Program-made: the position numbers and the translations under genes
Origin: a virus
Lineage: Duplodnaviria; Caudoviricetes
Direction: 5' to 3' (one strand)
Virus record (IMG/VR): IMGVR_UViG_3300043570_002364
Location: 2,245 to 66,244 of that record
DNA: 64,000 nucleotides
Shown: piece by piece, positions 17,269-29,300 of the stretch
Layout of the letters: every line of letters begins with the position of its first letter
How positions within the stretch are numbered: the first letter of the stretch is position 1
Notes under the pieces: generated by a model
The model's input: only the letters and a program-made list of their open reading frames with translations
The model's database searches: none
What the model was told of the DNA's origin: nothing

Positions 17269-20200
17269 TTATGCGTTTAATAATTGGTTAATCTTTGTTT
17301 CTAATAGCTCTATTCTTGCATTAGCATCTGTTAGTTTTTGATTTAATTCTTTAAAGCCCTCTATAAAGATACCAGATAAGTCATTGTAACTTACAGTAAG
17401 TGTATCAGTTTCTTCATGATAAAGTACAGCTTCAGGACAAACTTCTTGAACTTCTTGTGCGATAACACCAATGTGTGCTTTTTGTTCTGTATCTATAATC
17501 CAACTATAATAAACACCTCTTAGTTGTAATATTTTATTAAGAGCATTGTCAACAGTTACGACATTTTCTTTTAGTCTAGCATCTGATATAGGGTTAAATG
17601 AAACAGCATAAGATATTGCATCACACCATGTATCGTTTGTAATTCTATGTTTACCATTAGTACAAGCTCTTACCCAGTCGTATGTTTCAGAACCATTTAT
17701 ACCAACGCAATCATTTGCTCTAGATAAATATATAGTCCAACCACTTCCATTTTCAACATATATTCCTCCTTGTCCATTCTCAAACATTAAATTATTCCAA
17801 AAACCAGAGTTATCTATAACATTTATACCGCAATAGCCTCCTTTGTTATAACCATAAACCTCCCATGTACCATGAGATGCAGATGTGCTTCTTCTAAAAT
17901 GAGATCCATAATCCTGATTGTACACTCCGCTATCCCCATAGTTTCTAAACCAACCAGTATTATATGCATTATCCATATACATAGCGGCAGGAACAGTTAA
18001 ATTACCACTCATATCAAGTTGCAATCTATTAGGGCCAGCACTCCATCCACCTATTCTAAACACATTGTCAGAATCAAGGCCCATATTGATAGCATATGCT
18101 CCACTTCTATGAAATGACATTTGAGCACCATTGCCACCAGTTGAATATACAACTAATCCTACGTTGTTAGTACTACCTGTATTACCGTTACCAATGAAGT
18201 TATTTTGAGCACCTGTCCATGTATTAGTAGTAGTAAGTCCGCCTGCATATGAAGAATAGTTAGCAACAGTTAATACAGCACTATTAGCAGAAAATAATGA
18301 ACCAGCATATAATGCTTTACTTCCTGTACCACTACCTATAATTACAGAACCTCCATCATAATAATTTAATTCTAATGGATCTGCTCCTCTACCATTGATT
18401 GTATCTGCATAAACATTTCTACCAAGAAAACCATATGTTTGGTCTCCCGTAAATTTCATGTTATTATAAACTATATCTGAAGCAACATATAAATTATAAG
18501 CTACTCTAACATGATTATCTCCGTTACCTACTGAAAATATTTCAGTACCTCCTCCAGCACCTCCAGCAAAGTTATTATAAAATCTTGTACCACCATAAGT
18601 AGTCATTGCTCCTATTCTAATACCAGTATGATAATTTATTGTAAGCTTAGAATAGTTACCTCCTATATTTTCTTGTTCAGTAAATATACCATAAGTTCTT
18701 AATGAGGAAGCTTCTATACCACCAAATGAAATACCATTACTTGTTCCGGTTGGGCTTAAGTAAGGTGTAGCACCAGATGAGCCAAAATTAAGAATACCAC
18801 TAAGATTATTTTGACTAGAACTAGTATAAACACCATTTGTTACTGTAGCAGCATTACCTGTTGTATTATCAGAAACTCTTGCACTATCTACTCTTACACC
18901 ATAAGTACCTGCTCCATTCCATCCCATTAATGTAGGGTATTGACTAGACCAAGCTACTTGTGAATTTGTATTATTTACAGAAGTTCCGCTAGGAGAAGTA
19001 CTTTGTGATGCATCAAATATAACATGAGCATTACCATAATTTTTCCAAGCCAACATTCCAACAACATTATTAATAACTGTAGAGTCATTCCAAGTAGATT
19101 GACTTCTTGCGTACACATAAACTCCATCTGTTATTTGACTTCTAAAATGAGCAGGTGTTGATTTTCTTAAATAATTATCACTTGTATTTTGTGTCCATAT
19201 TTGACCTATAGTAGGATTTTCTGAATTACCCGCAGAAGCATTAAAATAACTTCCAAAAATATAAGCACCTGTAATATTACCAGCTGCATTAATTGTTGAA
19301 ATAAAAGTAGCTGCACCTGTTGTAGATAATGAAACTGCTTTAACATTCCCTGCACTCATATTAGTATATAATTCTACTATGCCATCTGAACCATAAAATG
19401 CACCATTACCTGAAGTTGAATTTGCTATTATACCAAAACGACCTGTATTATTAGTATTATCAGTAAAAATAATATTAGAAACATAGGTATTAGATGATAA
19501 TGCAGGTATAAAAAATGTAGCTGCACCTGTTGAAGCTGATATTCTTGCTCTTTGTGTATCAGCAGTTCCCCAAATTAAATCACCTCCGTTTCTAGTTCCT
19601 ATTGCAAAGTTTCCGGCATAATTACTGAAAAACAAAGCCAAATTTGCTCTTGAAATACCAAAATCGGTACCTGTTGCAGCAGTTGAATATTGTCTGAAAT
19701 AAGAAGTAGCTGTTGAACTATTGTTCCTTACCGCTATTTCCGCATAATCAGTTGAACTATTTGTTTGTAACAAGAAAGAAGCGGCAGCAGCAGCATTATA
19801 CACATGTAAATTTGCTAAAATACTAGCCCCAGTAATATTTATACCAATAGAACCTCCATTGTCATATATAGCACTATTTCCTATTGTTGTGCCTGAACCT
19901 GTAAATTTAGGGACATAACTTGTTGTACCACTAAATGAAGAACTTGTTCCACTTGTTCCTGAGCTACCATCTGTTCCTGAGGTACCTGAAGATCCATCTG
20001 TTCCTGATGTACCATTTAAACCACTAGTTCCGCTTGTTCCCGTAGTCCCTGATGTGCCACTTGTAGCAGAAGTACCTGACGTACCTGTGGTTCCACTAGT
20101 CCCTGAAACACCACTTGTGCCACTAGAGCCAGATGTCCCTGTGGTTCCGCTTGTACCATTTGTACCGTCTAAACCAGAAGTTCCGCTTGTACCAGAAGTA

Positions 20201-22071
20201 CCTGCGCTTCCAGTTTCACCGCTAGTTCCTGATGTACCTGTAACACCACTAGTTCCTGATGTACCATTTGTACCATCTATACCACTAGTTCCTGAAGAAC
20301 CTGCTGAACCAGACGATCCAGTTCCACCACTTGTACCAGAACTACCGCTTGTGCCAGTAGTACCTGAAGAACCTGAAGTCCCTGTACTACCACTTGTTCC
20401 ACTAGTACCACCTGTTCCGTCTGTAGCTGAAGTACCGCTAGTACCACTTGTGCCACTAGTGCCTGTGGTTCCAGATGTCCCAGATGTAGCAGATGTACCG
20501 CTAGATCCACTTACCCCACTGCTTCCACTTGTTCCTGTGCTACCACTTGTTCCACTAGTTCCACCAACACCAGAAGTTCCTGAAGAACCACTTGTTCCTG
20601 AAGGAGCATTAAATGTGGTTTGTGCGTATGAATAATTACTTGTTCCTTCTGTATAGAATGTAATATTTTTAGATGAACCACCAGCATGCCTAACATATAT
20701 TTGACAATAAAGCCTATCAGTAGAAAGTATTGCTGTTTGAGGCAAAAATAAATCCATGAAAAACTCTCTAATAACATTACTTGTCATTGATTCAGTATCA
20801 ACATTAGTTGTTCCAAGAAGTGTTGCACTTCCACCAGTAGAATTACATTTGTAAAACTCTACATCCACCTGCAAAGTGTCATTTGCATTCATTGACAAAT
20901 GTAAAACCCAAGCCCAAAGCCCTGAAGGTATATTTGTTATATTTGGAATATTTGAATCTGTAGCATAAGTAGCAAGAAGAGTTCTTGTGCTACCTGCAAC
21001 GCTTGCTGTTACAGTTTGTTCAGCAGCACTAGTTCCAATTGGAGACCACTGTTTATATGTTGGAGTGCCAAATGCACTATCTGTATTTAATGATTGATTT
21101 AGATAATATACAAGTCCTCCAGATATACCATTTATACCTGATGTACCAGCCGTACCTGAAGTACCACTTGTACCACTTGTTCCGCTAGATCCACTAGTAC
21201 CTGTAGTTCCTGACGAACCACTAGTTCCTGTTGAACCAGAAGTACCAGAGCTACCAGAAGTAGCTGAAGTACCAGAAGTTCCGCTAGTACCACCTGTACC
21301 ATCCGTCCCAGATGTCCCTGAAGTACCACTAGTCCCAGATGTTCCTGAAGTTCCTGTAGTCCCACTTGTACCGGATGAGCCAGAAGTACCTGTCGTACCG
21401 CTAGTTCCTGAAGTGCCGCTTGTCCCTCCTGTTCCATCTGTTGCAGAAGTTCCAGAAGTGCCGCTTGTCCCACTTGTACCATCACTACCACTTGTACCAC
21501 TTGTACCTGAAGTCCCTGACGTTCCAGAAGTTCCACCTGTTCCATCTGTCGCACTCGTACCACTAGTTCCTGTAGTACCGCTTGTACCACTGCTGCCGCT
21601 AGTTCCTGAAGAACCAGAAGTTCCAGTCGTACCGCTTGTACCACTTGTTGCAGATGTACCAGAAGTACCACTTGTACCACCTGTGCCATCCGTACCACTA
21701 GTCGCAGAAGTTCCAGAAGTTCCAGTCGTACCACTTGTGCCTGTGGTTCCTGATGTACCACTTGTACCACCAGTACCATCTGTTGCTGAAGTACCACTTG
21801 TGCCGCTAGTACCTGATGTACTTGAGCTACCAGAACTACCAGAGCTACCAGAACTACCTGCTGTTGCAGAAGTCCCAGAGGTTCCAGATGTACCTGTAGT
21901 GCCTGACGTACCAGAGGTTCCTCTAGTCCCGGAAGTGCCAGAGGTTCCAGAAGTTCCGGATGTGCCTATAGTGCCAGAAGTATCAGCAGATACTAAACCA
22001 CCTACAGCTACCAAGATACCGTTTTCTTTTCTTAATTGAAATTCTCCAGTAATTAAATTTTGTACGGCCAC
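17269..22071 (-). CDS. tail fibre with two (Gly-Thr/Ser-Ser/Thr)n blocks and a C-terminal S74 intramolecular chaperone
   Basis: GTG start; hundreds of residues of GTS triplets; C-term SDARLKENV...GVIAQEV...VSYNDL..IEGFKEL. Confidence 0.85.
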   Translation of the reverse strand: MAVQNLITGEFQLRKENGILVAVGGLVSADTSGTIGTSGTSGTSGTSGTRGTSGTSGTTGTSGTSGTSATAGSSGSSGSSGSSSTSGTSGTSGTSATDGTGGTSGTSGTTGTSGTTGTSGTSATSGTDGTGGTSGTSGTSATSGTSGTTGTSGSSGTSGSSGTSGTTGTSGTSATDGTGGTSGTSGTSGTSGTSGSDGTSGTSGTSGTSATDGTGGTSGTSGTSGTTGTSGSSGTSGTTGTSGTSGTSGTSGTSGTDGTGGTSGTSGTSATSGSSGTSGSTGTSGSSGTTGTSGSSGTSGTSGTSGTAGTSGINGISGGLVYYLNQSLNTDSAFGTPTYKQWSPIGTSAAEQTVTASVAGSTRTLLATYATDSNIPNITNIPSGLWAWVLHLSMNANDTLQVDVEFYKCNSTGGSATLLGTTNVDTESMTSNVIREFFMDLFLPQTAILSTDRLYCQIYVRHAGGSSKNITFYTEGTSNYSYAQTTFNAPSGTSGSSGTSGVGGTSGTSGSTGTSGSSGVSGSSGTSATSGTSGTTGTSGTSGTSGTSATDGTGGTSGTSGSTGTSGSSGTTGTSGSSGTSGGTGSSGSAGSSGTSGIDGTNGTSGTSGVTGTSGTSGETGSAGTSGTSGTSGLDGTNGTSGTTGTSGSSGTSGVSGTSGTTGTSGTSATSGTSGTTGTSGTSGLNGTSGTDGSSGTSGTDGSSGTSGTSSSFSGTTSYVPKFTGSGTTIGNSAIYDNGGSIGINITGASILANLHVYNAAAAASFLLQTNSSTDYAEIAVRNNSSTATSYFRQYSTAATGTDFGISRANLALFFSNYAGNFAIGTRNGGDLIWGTADTQRARISASTGAATFFIPALSSNTYVSNIIFTDNTNNTGRFGIIANSTSGNGAFYGSDGIVELYTNMSAGNVKAVSLSTTGAATFISTINAAGNITGAYIFGSYFNASAGNSENPTIGQIWTQNTSDNYLRKSTPAHFRSQITDGVYVYARSQSTWNDSTVINNVVGMLAWKNYGNAHVIFDASQSTSPSGTSVNNTNSQVAWSSQYPTLMGWNGAGTYGVRVDSARVSDNTTGNAATVTNGVYTSSSQNNLSGILNFGSSGATPYLSPTGTSNGISFGGIEASSLRTYGIFTEQENIGGNYSKLTINYHTGIRIGAMTTYGGTRFYNNFAGGAGGGTEIFSVGNGDNHVRVAYNLYVASDIVYNNMKFTGDQTYGFLGRNVYADTINGRGADPLELNYYDGGSVIIGSGTGSKALYAGSLFSANSAVLTVANYSSYAGGLTTTNTWTGAQNNFIGNGNTGSTNNVGLVVYSTGGNGAQMSFHRSGAYAINMGLDSDNVFRIGGWSAGPNRLQLDMSGNLTVPAAMYMDNAYNTGWFRNYGDSGVYNQDYGSHFRRSTSASHGTWEVYGYNKGGYCGINVIDNSGFWNNLMFENGQGGIYVENGSGWTIYLSRANDCVGINGSETYDWVRACTNGKHRITNDTWCDAISYAVSFNPISDARLKENVVTVDNALNKILQLRGVYYSWIIDTEQKAHIGVIAQEVQEVCPEAVLYHEETDTLTVSYNDLSGIFIEGFKELNQKLTDANARIELLETKINQLLNA
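19925..20600 (-). repeat. Gly-X-Y (GTS) coding repeat, block 2
   Basis: Degenerate 9-bp periodicity; Gly at essentially every third residue. Confidence 0.9.
21130..21980 (-). repeat. Gly-X-Y (GTS) coding repeat, block 1
   Basis: GTSGTSGT... with recurrent SATDGTGG units. Confidence 0.9.
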
Positions 22072-22083
22072 TAGTTAATATTT

Positions 22084-22638
22084 TTATTGTTGAACTACTA
22101 CTCTCACAAATTCACTTGCATAAAATGCAACAGTACTTGCAACAGTTAACGAACCTGATGTTGAATCCCAAACAACTTGATTGCCTGTTGGGGTTCCTGC
22201 TGTCAATATTGTTCCAATGTTATTACCTTGTCTAAATGCGTTTATACAACGCTTACCAATTGCATCTGGGAAATATATCGTTAAAGAATTTAATGTAGCA
22301 TTATTTGTATATTCAAATACACTAAAGTTTCCACCACCACCAGGTATTACACCACCACCACCAGTTCCATTTCCTAAAATTTGTATTGCCACTTGTACCT
22401 TTGCGCCACATAAAGCATATACATAATTTGCTACACCAACTAAAGGAACAGGATTTTGACCTGTGCCATTAACTAAATTTTGAGAAACGCCATATTCCAA
22501 TGCAATTCTTTCCATGTAAAGCTGTTGAGCCTTACGAGGATCAATGCTTCCATTAAAAAAAACATTTTGCTTTGGAATATCATCATTCCATAAGTATTGA
22601 GAAATTTTCGCTATTGATACTGTTTCTTGAGGTGTCAT
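22084..22638 (-). CDS. putative tail or fibre-attachment structural protein
   Basis: Position upstream of the fibre, Gly linker, beta-rich C-terminus. Confidence 0.5.
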   Translation of the reverse strand: MTPQETVSIAKISQYLWNDDIPKQNVFFNGSIDPRKAQQLYMERIALEYGVSQNLVNGTGQNPVPLVGVANYVYALCGAKVQVAIQILGNGTGGGGVIPGGGGNFSVFEYTNNATLNSLTIYFPDAIGKRCINAFRQGNNIGTILTAGTPTGNQVVWDSTSGSLTVASTVAFYASEFVRVVVQQ

Positions 22639-22639
22639 T

Positions 22640-23158
22640 TTAGAAGAATAAAGCTTGGTTAGTAGATATATATGTTGCTCTGTTTAATGCAGCTTGTGCT
22701 GAATAAATATCAGATGCAAATGTAATCGCTTGATTTGCGCTATCAAGTTCAACTCTTAGAACTAATTTTGTTTGATACCAATTGGTACTTGCACTAAGAT
22801 TTGAATTTGCTACTTGACTTTCAGTAAGTCCATAGTAAAATGTTTCATTGTATGCAGTAAATGCATATGAAATAGTTTTTGATGTAACCACTGCATTTGC
22901 AGCTGTTAACCATTGTACCGTAATACTTAATGCACTATCTTGTGATAATACATTTAAGCTAATACTAGTATTTGCTAAAGGCCATTCAATATAAGTAGTA
23001 AGAGTACCAGCAGGTACTAACATAGTACCATTAGCTTGCAATAGATATATTCTACGCTTTGTAATAGTAACATCGGAGCCTGTTGAAGTATCTGTTAAAG
23101 TTATAACAGATGGCGTGCCGCTAAACTGACTTGCCGTAAAATTTGGGGTAAGAGGCAT
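22640..23158 (-). CDS. putative tail structural protein
   Basis: Thr/Ser-rich beta N-domain (ITLTDTSTG); follows a TATATTTG box. Confidence 0.5.
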   Translation of the reverse strand: MPLTPNFTASQFSGTPSVITLTDTSTGSDVTITKRRIYLLQANGTMLVPAGTLTTYIEWPLANTSISLNVLSQDSALSITVQWLTAANAVVTSKTISYAFTAYNETFYYGLTESQVANSNLSASTNWYQTKLVLRVELDSANQAITFASDIYSAQAALNRATYISTNQALFF

Positions 23159-23175
23159 TTTGCTAAAATTTTACC

Positions 23176-23183
23176 CAAATATA
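23176..23183 (-). promoter_or_regulatory. -7 promoter box (TATATTTG) for the tail fibre genes
   Basis: CAAATATA on + strand about 17 nt upstream of the 23158 start. Confidence 0.55.
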
Positions 23184-23205
23184 AGAAAAATATAGCTATA
23201 TTGGC

Positions 23206-23364
23206 CTATTTTCTTTTCTTCATAGACTTTAATTTGCTCACTTTCTTAGGCAGTTTCATCCCCTTGCTAGCTTTGTTCCACTCATCCACATCAACTCCCT
23301 GTTTTTCAAGTTTGTTTTTGTGGATGTTAAAGTAGGCTTCTTGTGCCTTTGATTTATATGGCAT
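23206..23364 (-). CDS. small basic protein (52 aa, MPYKSKAQ type; not in ORF track)
   Basis: MPYKSKAQEAYFNIHKNKLEKQGVDVDEWNKASKGMKLPKKV...; ATG lies 3 nt after the giant gene's stop. Confidence 0.65.
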   Translation of the reverse strand: MPYKSKAQEAYFNIHKNKLEKQGVDVDEWNKASKGMKLPKKVSKLKSMKKRK

Positions 23365-23367
23365 AAT

Positions 23368-26300
23368 TTAATTCTTTTTATTTTTCTCAGCCTCCATTGC
23401 CTTGCGAGCTTCTTCCATTGCTTTTTCAGTTGCTTCTTTAACTTCAAGTTCCTTAAAATCAATGTTTTTCATAGTTTCAATAGCTTTATTCATTTTTGCC
23501 TTAAACTCTGGAGTTTGAGCACTTGGTGGCACATTTTTAATTCTATCGTATAATATATCTATTTGTTCCTGTTGCTTTTTAGTTGGATTAAATACTCCCA
23601 ATCCAACATTGCCTCTAATTCTATTCATAAAGTCTTTCTTATCCCTAAATTCACCTTTTTCATCAAAGAATCCACCAATTTCGGCAGCAATAGGTATTCT
23701 GGTAAATCTATCTACTAAAGTATTTACTCTTTTGCCTGGAACAAACATACCTGCTAAAGTTTGGAATGGTAATCTTGCTTCTACTTCATCAATTGTAGTT
23801 TCAAATTTATCCCCTGCGCTTCCTCCCATTTGATTTATTTGGTAATTATCAGCTATTAAAGATACAGATAAAAATTCTGGAAGGTGATTTAAGAATAAAC
23901 TAGCGGCTTTTGGTAATCTTACACCAAAAAACTCCCATTCACCAGCTTTTAATTGTTGGCCATCAGAACCCATTATTTTGCGTTTCCTTTGATCATCATA
24001 AGTACCACCATATTTTACATTACCATTAGCCAAACCATAAGCCGTAGCAAGCATAATCGCACTTCCAAAAAGACCTCTTCCAATAACCCCATTAATATAA
24101 ACTCTTTCTTTAAGTGGTATTTGTTTCCAACCATCTTTTATAGCACTAATTAATCCATCATATGTTTTACCTTCAACTTCATTTAACTTCATTCCTTTTT
24201 TAGTTTCATTAGCTAATCTTACAAAACCTTCAGTACCTAAAGTTGAATAATCTATACCTCTCTTTGCTAAGTTTACGGCAATTGTTGATACAGGCATAAG
24301 CCCCTTAGTAATATATCTAGTATATTTGCTTTTTTCGCTACCCTTACCTCTTGAAATAATCTTAGACAATGCTGTCTTATTAGTCAATCTACCAGCCTCA
24401 TATGCATCAGCAGCTAATACCATTGCAGTACTTATGTTTTCAGGGCTTAATTCCATACCTTTTCTTTGGAAATATTTTAAAGTAGATGAAAATACTTTCA
24501 TCATTTCAGGTCTAGCTGATAAAGTTGATTTCATAGCACCATGCATCCTGATCCAGCCATCTAAAACATAACCTGTTTTACCTAGTATAGTTCTATAATC
24601 TGATATATCTTTTTTAGTTGATTTACCAATACTTACATCATAATCAGTAGCTCCATGTTTAATATATTGCCAAAATGAATTTAAACTATTAGATTCAATA
24701 CTATTATATAATGTTGAAACAGCATATTCTAAATCAGCTTTTTTAAATTCTTTATCTGCTTTTTTAATATCACTTTCGCTACCATTTTCATATGCATTTT
24801 GTAAATTTTCTAAAGCATAATCTCTATTATCTTTTAATTTATTTATATATTTTTCGGCAGCTTCTTTATTTTTAAATGCAGCAAATGTTTTAAAACCTTT
24901 TTTAACAGAATACAAACTTGTATATGGAGCACCAGTAATATAAGATGCTACTCTACCAAATGTCAAATCAACCATAGAATCTATAAATGGTTTAAAAGAA
25001 CCAGCTTCTGCAACTTTAAGTGTAGTATGAATACCACTAACTAAAAATTTAGTACTTAAATCAAGTGCTTTTTCGGTAGTTGTTCTTGCTTTTTCTTTAG
25101 CATCTGCAACTAATCTATTAAATTGTCCACTTTTATTTTCTCTAGCTTTATTTAATCTAACTAATTCATCATTTCTTCTAAAGTCATAAGTTGTGCTAGG
25201 TATTTTAGTGAAATTTCCAGAAGCTATGTCTGTTTCTGCTGTTCTTATTTCATTTTCAAATTGCTTCTTTAATCTTTGTGCAGATAATTGATCAGAAGTT
25301 AATTGATTGTTATTTTTTAAATTTTTTATCAATTGATTAATTTCTGATTTAGATTCTTTTGTTATTTTTTCATCTACTAATAATTCATTTAATTTGTTAT
25401 ATGCTTTATTAATTTGATCATCTATTTTTTCTCCTGTAGGATTTAACAAATCTTTAATATCTTGTAATTTATCTTTTACTCTGAGATTGCTATTAGCAGT
25501 TTCTTGATCTTTAGCAATTGTAGCATCAACTGCTTTTTCCATACTTGATTCTATAATAGCATCTAAATCACTTGACAATGAACTTACAACACTTTGTTTA
25601 GTACCTAATAAATCTAAATCTCTTTGTGCTTTTAATTCTTCTTTTCTATCATTCTTTTCTTGATTAGATAAATCACTTCTTTCAATTTGTGATAATGCTT
25701 CTTGGTAATCTCTTTCTATTAAAATAGGAGGTTTAGCACTTTTTTCTAATTTCAATCCTAAATCAGCATACGTTTTAGCTCTTTCTTCTCTTGCTGCTAT
25801 TAATGCATCACTAGCTTTCTTGGGATTTTTAATGGCTTGCTCATACACAGATTTAGTTGTTTTTACATATTCTATTTCTCTGTTTATTTCATCAATTTTA
25901 TCTTGCTCTGTTTTAGGAGATTTACTTGTTTTTTGTACTTTTTGAGCATCTGATTTTTCTTTTAACAAAGCTTTTATTTTTTCATCTAATTCAGCTTCAT
26001 ATTCAGATCTAACAGCTTTTTTATTCTGTGTGCTTTCTTCTGCATGATAATCATTTGCCGCTTCTAATGCTCTCAATCTAGCTTCTTTTACAGCCAATCT
26101 TCTAACATCAGCTTTCTTTTTATTTATTTCATCTTCAAGTTTAGCTTTTGTTTGTTTTTTAAATTGATTTCTTTCAGCATAAGCATCTGCTACATCTTCT
26201 CTAGTTACGTCTGGCAATATTGATTTTAAATCTTTAGTAGCTGCGTCTAATACTTGATCATTTGTTAACTCTTCCCCTAAGTATGAATTAACTATGTCTT

Positions 26301-29300
26301 TAATCAATCCTTTATCAGCAAGTGTTTTATTTATATTAGTAATGCCTTCTGCTTTTGCTAATTTATTAATAGCATCTAATGTTTCTTTAGTATCAGGTAA
26401 TTGAGATTTTGAAATAATTGTTTTTGCATCTTTAATAAGTTTTTCTTTATCTATATCTTTAAATTTATCAACTGCTTTTCTTAAAGCATCGGTTAAATTT
26501 TCTCCTAATTCTACAGCTTTGGCTACGGCATCTATAACATTAGCAACCATTTCTTTATAGGTACCAAAGTCAATACCCATTTTTTCAATATTTTTGCCAT
26601 CACTACCTTTTAAGAACCTATCATATTCATCTGAGATTCTTATTTTAGATGCAAGATCTTTTAATTGCTTTGATTTCTTTTGCTTGACATCATTTGAAGC
26701 AGATTTTAAACCTTCTTCAAAACCTTGCTTTTTACCCTCTGAGCGCGCTTTATCAAGAGCTGCATTTATTTCTTGGTCATTAATCTTTACAATGCTTGAA
26801 TTTACTTCTTTTTCAATTGAATTAAATTGTGCTTTTGCTTTTTCAATTTTTTCAACATAAGGTCTTACAGTTTTCCTTTGCTCTGCTGTTAAATTACTTT
26901 TATCTAATTCAGCTATAGTTTCTGGTACCTCCTCTACTTTAAGAATATTTTTAAGATGATCTCTAGTTAATTTAATTTCACTTCTATCTGTTTCTTGGAA
27001 TACTAAATTAAATAAACCTAAGTTTCTACCTGCTTTATTACCTAAATTTCTTAATACAGATAAAACCTGCTCTCTTTGTTGAGTTAAATTTTCAACTTCA
27101 ACTAAATTACCAGTATTTTGTGCTATATCTATTTTTTTATCAATACTTAACAAATGAGAACCTGCTGTAATAATATTATACTCTGTTGGTTCTGCATTAC
27201 CATCTGCCATTCTATTAACTTCAATAGCTCTTTGAGTTGGTACATCAACATTATTTTCTTCTGCCCTTTTTGTAACTTCAGTTAATACATCTGTGGCTAC
27301 AACATCTCCACCTCTAACATCAAACTCTTTACTAAAATTATAATTCTCACCTAAAGCTCTTTTAGATATTTCTACTTGTTGAGGAGTTTTAACTGGCTGT
27401 ACTTCTTCAATTTCTGGCTCTTGTATTTTAACTTTTGTCTTAGGAGCTTTGCCTTGTTCAGTATATTGATACCAATCAGTTAATTCTTCAGGCATTAAAG
27501 CTACCTTTTGTTCTGCATATTTAAATTCAGCTTGGCCTTCTGCAATTAGTTTATTACCTTCAGTAATCTTACCTTCTTTAATAAGGTCATTGCCTTGCTT
27601 CATTTTCTCAATTGCAGCATCATTTACACCAGAAAAATTAACCCATGAATTTTGTCCTCTAGTTTCTGTAGATACAGCTCTTTGAGCATCTGGGCTAAAC
27701 ATTTTACTATGATCTACCCATGCAGTTTCTTCTCCTATTTTACCAAATTGATTTCTATTTACAAAATGTCCAAAATAATCATGAACAGCACGAAATTTTT
27801 CATTCCCTGTAAACCCATTTGCATCTTTTGTAACTTCACCTAAAAATGGGTGATCTTCTCCACCTTGGAATACTTTAAGTCTTTTATTATTAATAATATC
27901 TTCAAACATTTCATTTGAATTTTTATAAGGATCATCCTTAATAAATTCAACTTTAATGCCTAAGTCTTTTGTTAAATATTGGAATTGCTTATCAATTTCT
28001 TCTGCCGCTTTATTATACGCAGCTGCTACTTCCGGATTTTTACTATCATCCACAGGAAGTGCATCATAAGCATCTTTAATCTTTTTGGCTAACTCTGTAT
28101 CAACTTTTTTAACTGTTGTTTCTTCAGTATCAGGTAAACCTAAAGATTTTTTATTTTTATCTATGTAATTTTTAGTAGCCTCTTTAGCTTCTATTTGCGC
28201 CTGTTCAGATTTCTGATCATAGTCGCTACCGAATCGTCCTGCTCTTTCTTTTGCGAGTTGGATAGCATCAGTGATGTTTTCCCCATATGCAGATGGGTAA
28301 CGTCCTCCGAGGGAATCCCCATATTTTTGTAATAATCCAGAGTATCTATCTTGGGTGATGAAGTCTTGGTTGACTTTAAGTCTTTTGTGTCCTGTAATTC
28401 TGTTTTCATAATCATTATTTAAAGTTTTATGATCTACATTTCCATTGTCTAATATCATTACAGTATTAGATTCAGGGAACAAAGATATATCTTCTATTCC
28501 ATATTTAGCTGAATTTTCCAAAAATTCTTGTGCCGCCTTTCTATCTTTAAATGTTATTCTATGTTCTTCTGTTTTGCCATTAGGATTATATTCTAATGTC
28601 ATTACACTATGTTGGCCCTCTGGAGCTAATGTACCCATTAAGGCTGCAAATAACTCAACTTGCTCTTTAGTACCCCTAACTGTAGGTACAGAACTAGCTT
28701 CTCCAATGGTACTTGTAGCTCCATATTTACCTATGGTATTATTATCGCTAACTATCTCTAAACCAATGTTTTCTGCAAATGTATTAGCCATTTTTTTCCA
28801 AGCTTTAAAAGCTTTATTATCAAATGCTTTATCCCCTTGCGAAATATCTGTTATTTTACCCTCTTTAAATGGAGCATACCCTAATGTAAAATCTTTTATT
28901 TCAGGTATTGGAGTTATTTCAGATACTTTTTCACCAATCTTAATAGGCTCAATTTTCCCTCCCTTTAACCCAGCTTCCAAGGCAGGCATTAGATCTTCAA
29001 TAGTTAATTTAGTTCCTTCAGGTAGAGTGATAGATGCTGATTTATATCCAGGTCTTTCAAAATCATCTCTAAGTGTAGTATCAACTAATGTGAATGTCTT
29101 TTTGCCATCTTTAATAGTTTCTTTGGTAAATGTATCTTTACCCTCTATTCTTGCTTCACTTGCATCTTGTCTTATATCTCCTACTGCATTTTCTTTTTTA
29201 CCGCTAAGAACTTTATAACCCTCTGTTAATCCTTCTACTGTTACTTCTGGCATTATTTCAGTTGATTTAACTTCTTCAATTGGCTTTATTAGATTTTTAT

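Noticed and set aside
20054-22039. Val/Pro-rich plus-strand ORFs and Val/Gln/Leu-rich minus-strand alternative-frame ORFs
   Set aside because: They are shadows of the GTS repeat in the tail fibre; repetitive codons simply lack stops.
23256-23462. 68-aa ORF-track call overlapping the end of the giant gene
   Set aside because: A better non-overlapping ORF (23206..23364, MPYKSKAQ...) explains the region.
28445-29218. 257-aa plus-strand ORF and other antisense ORFs inside the giant gene
   Set aside because: They are antisense to a clear coding frame, with Ser/Leu/Phe-rich shadow composition and no expression signals.
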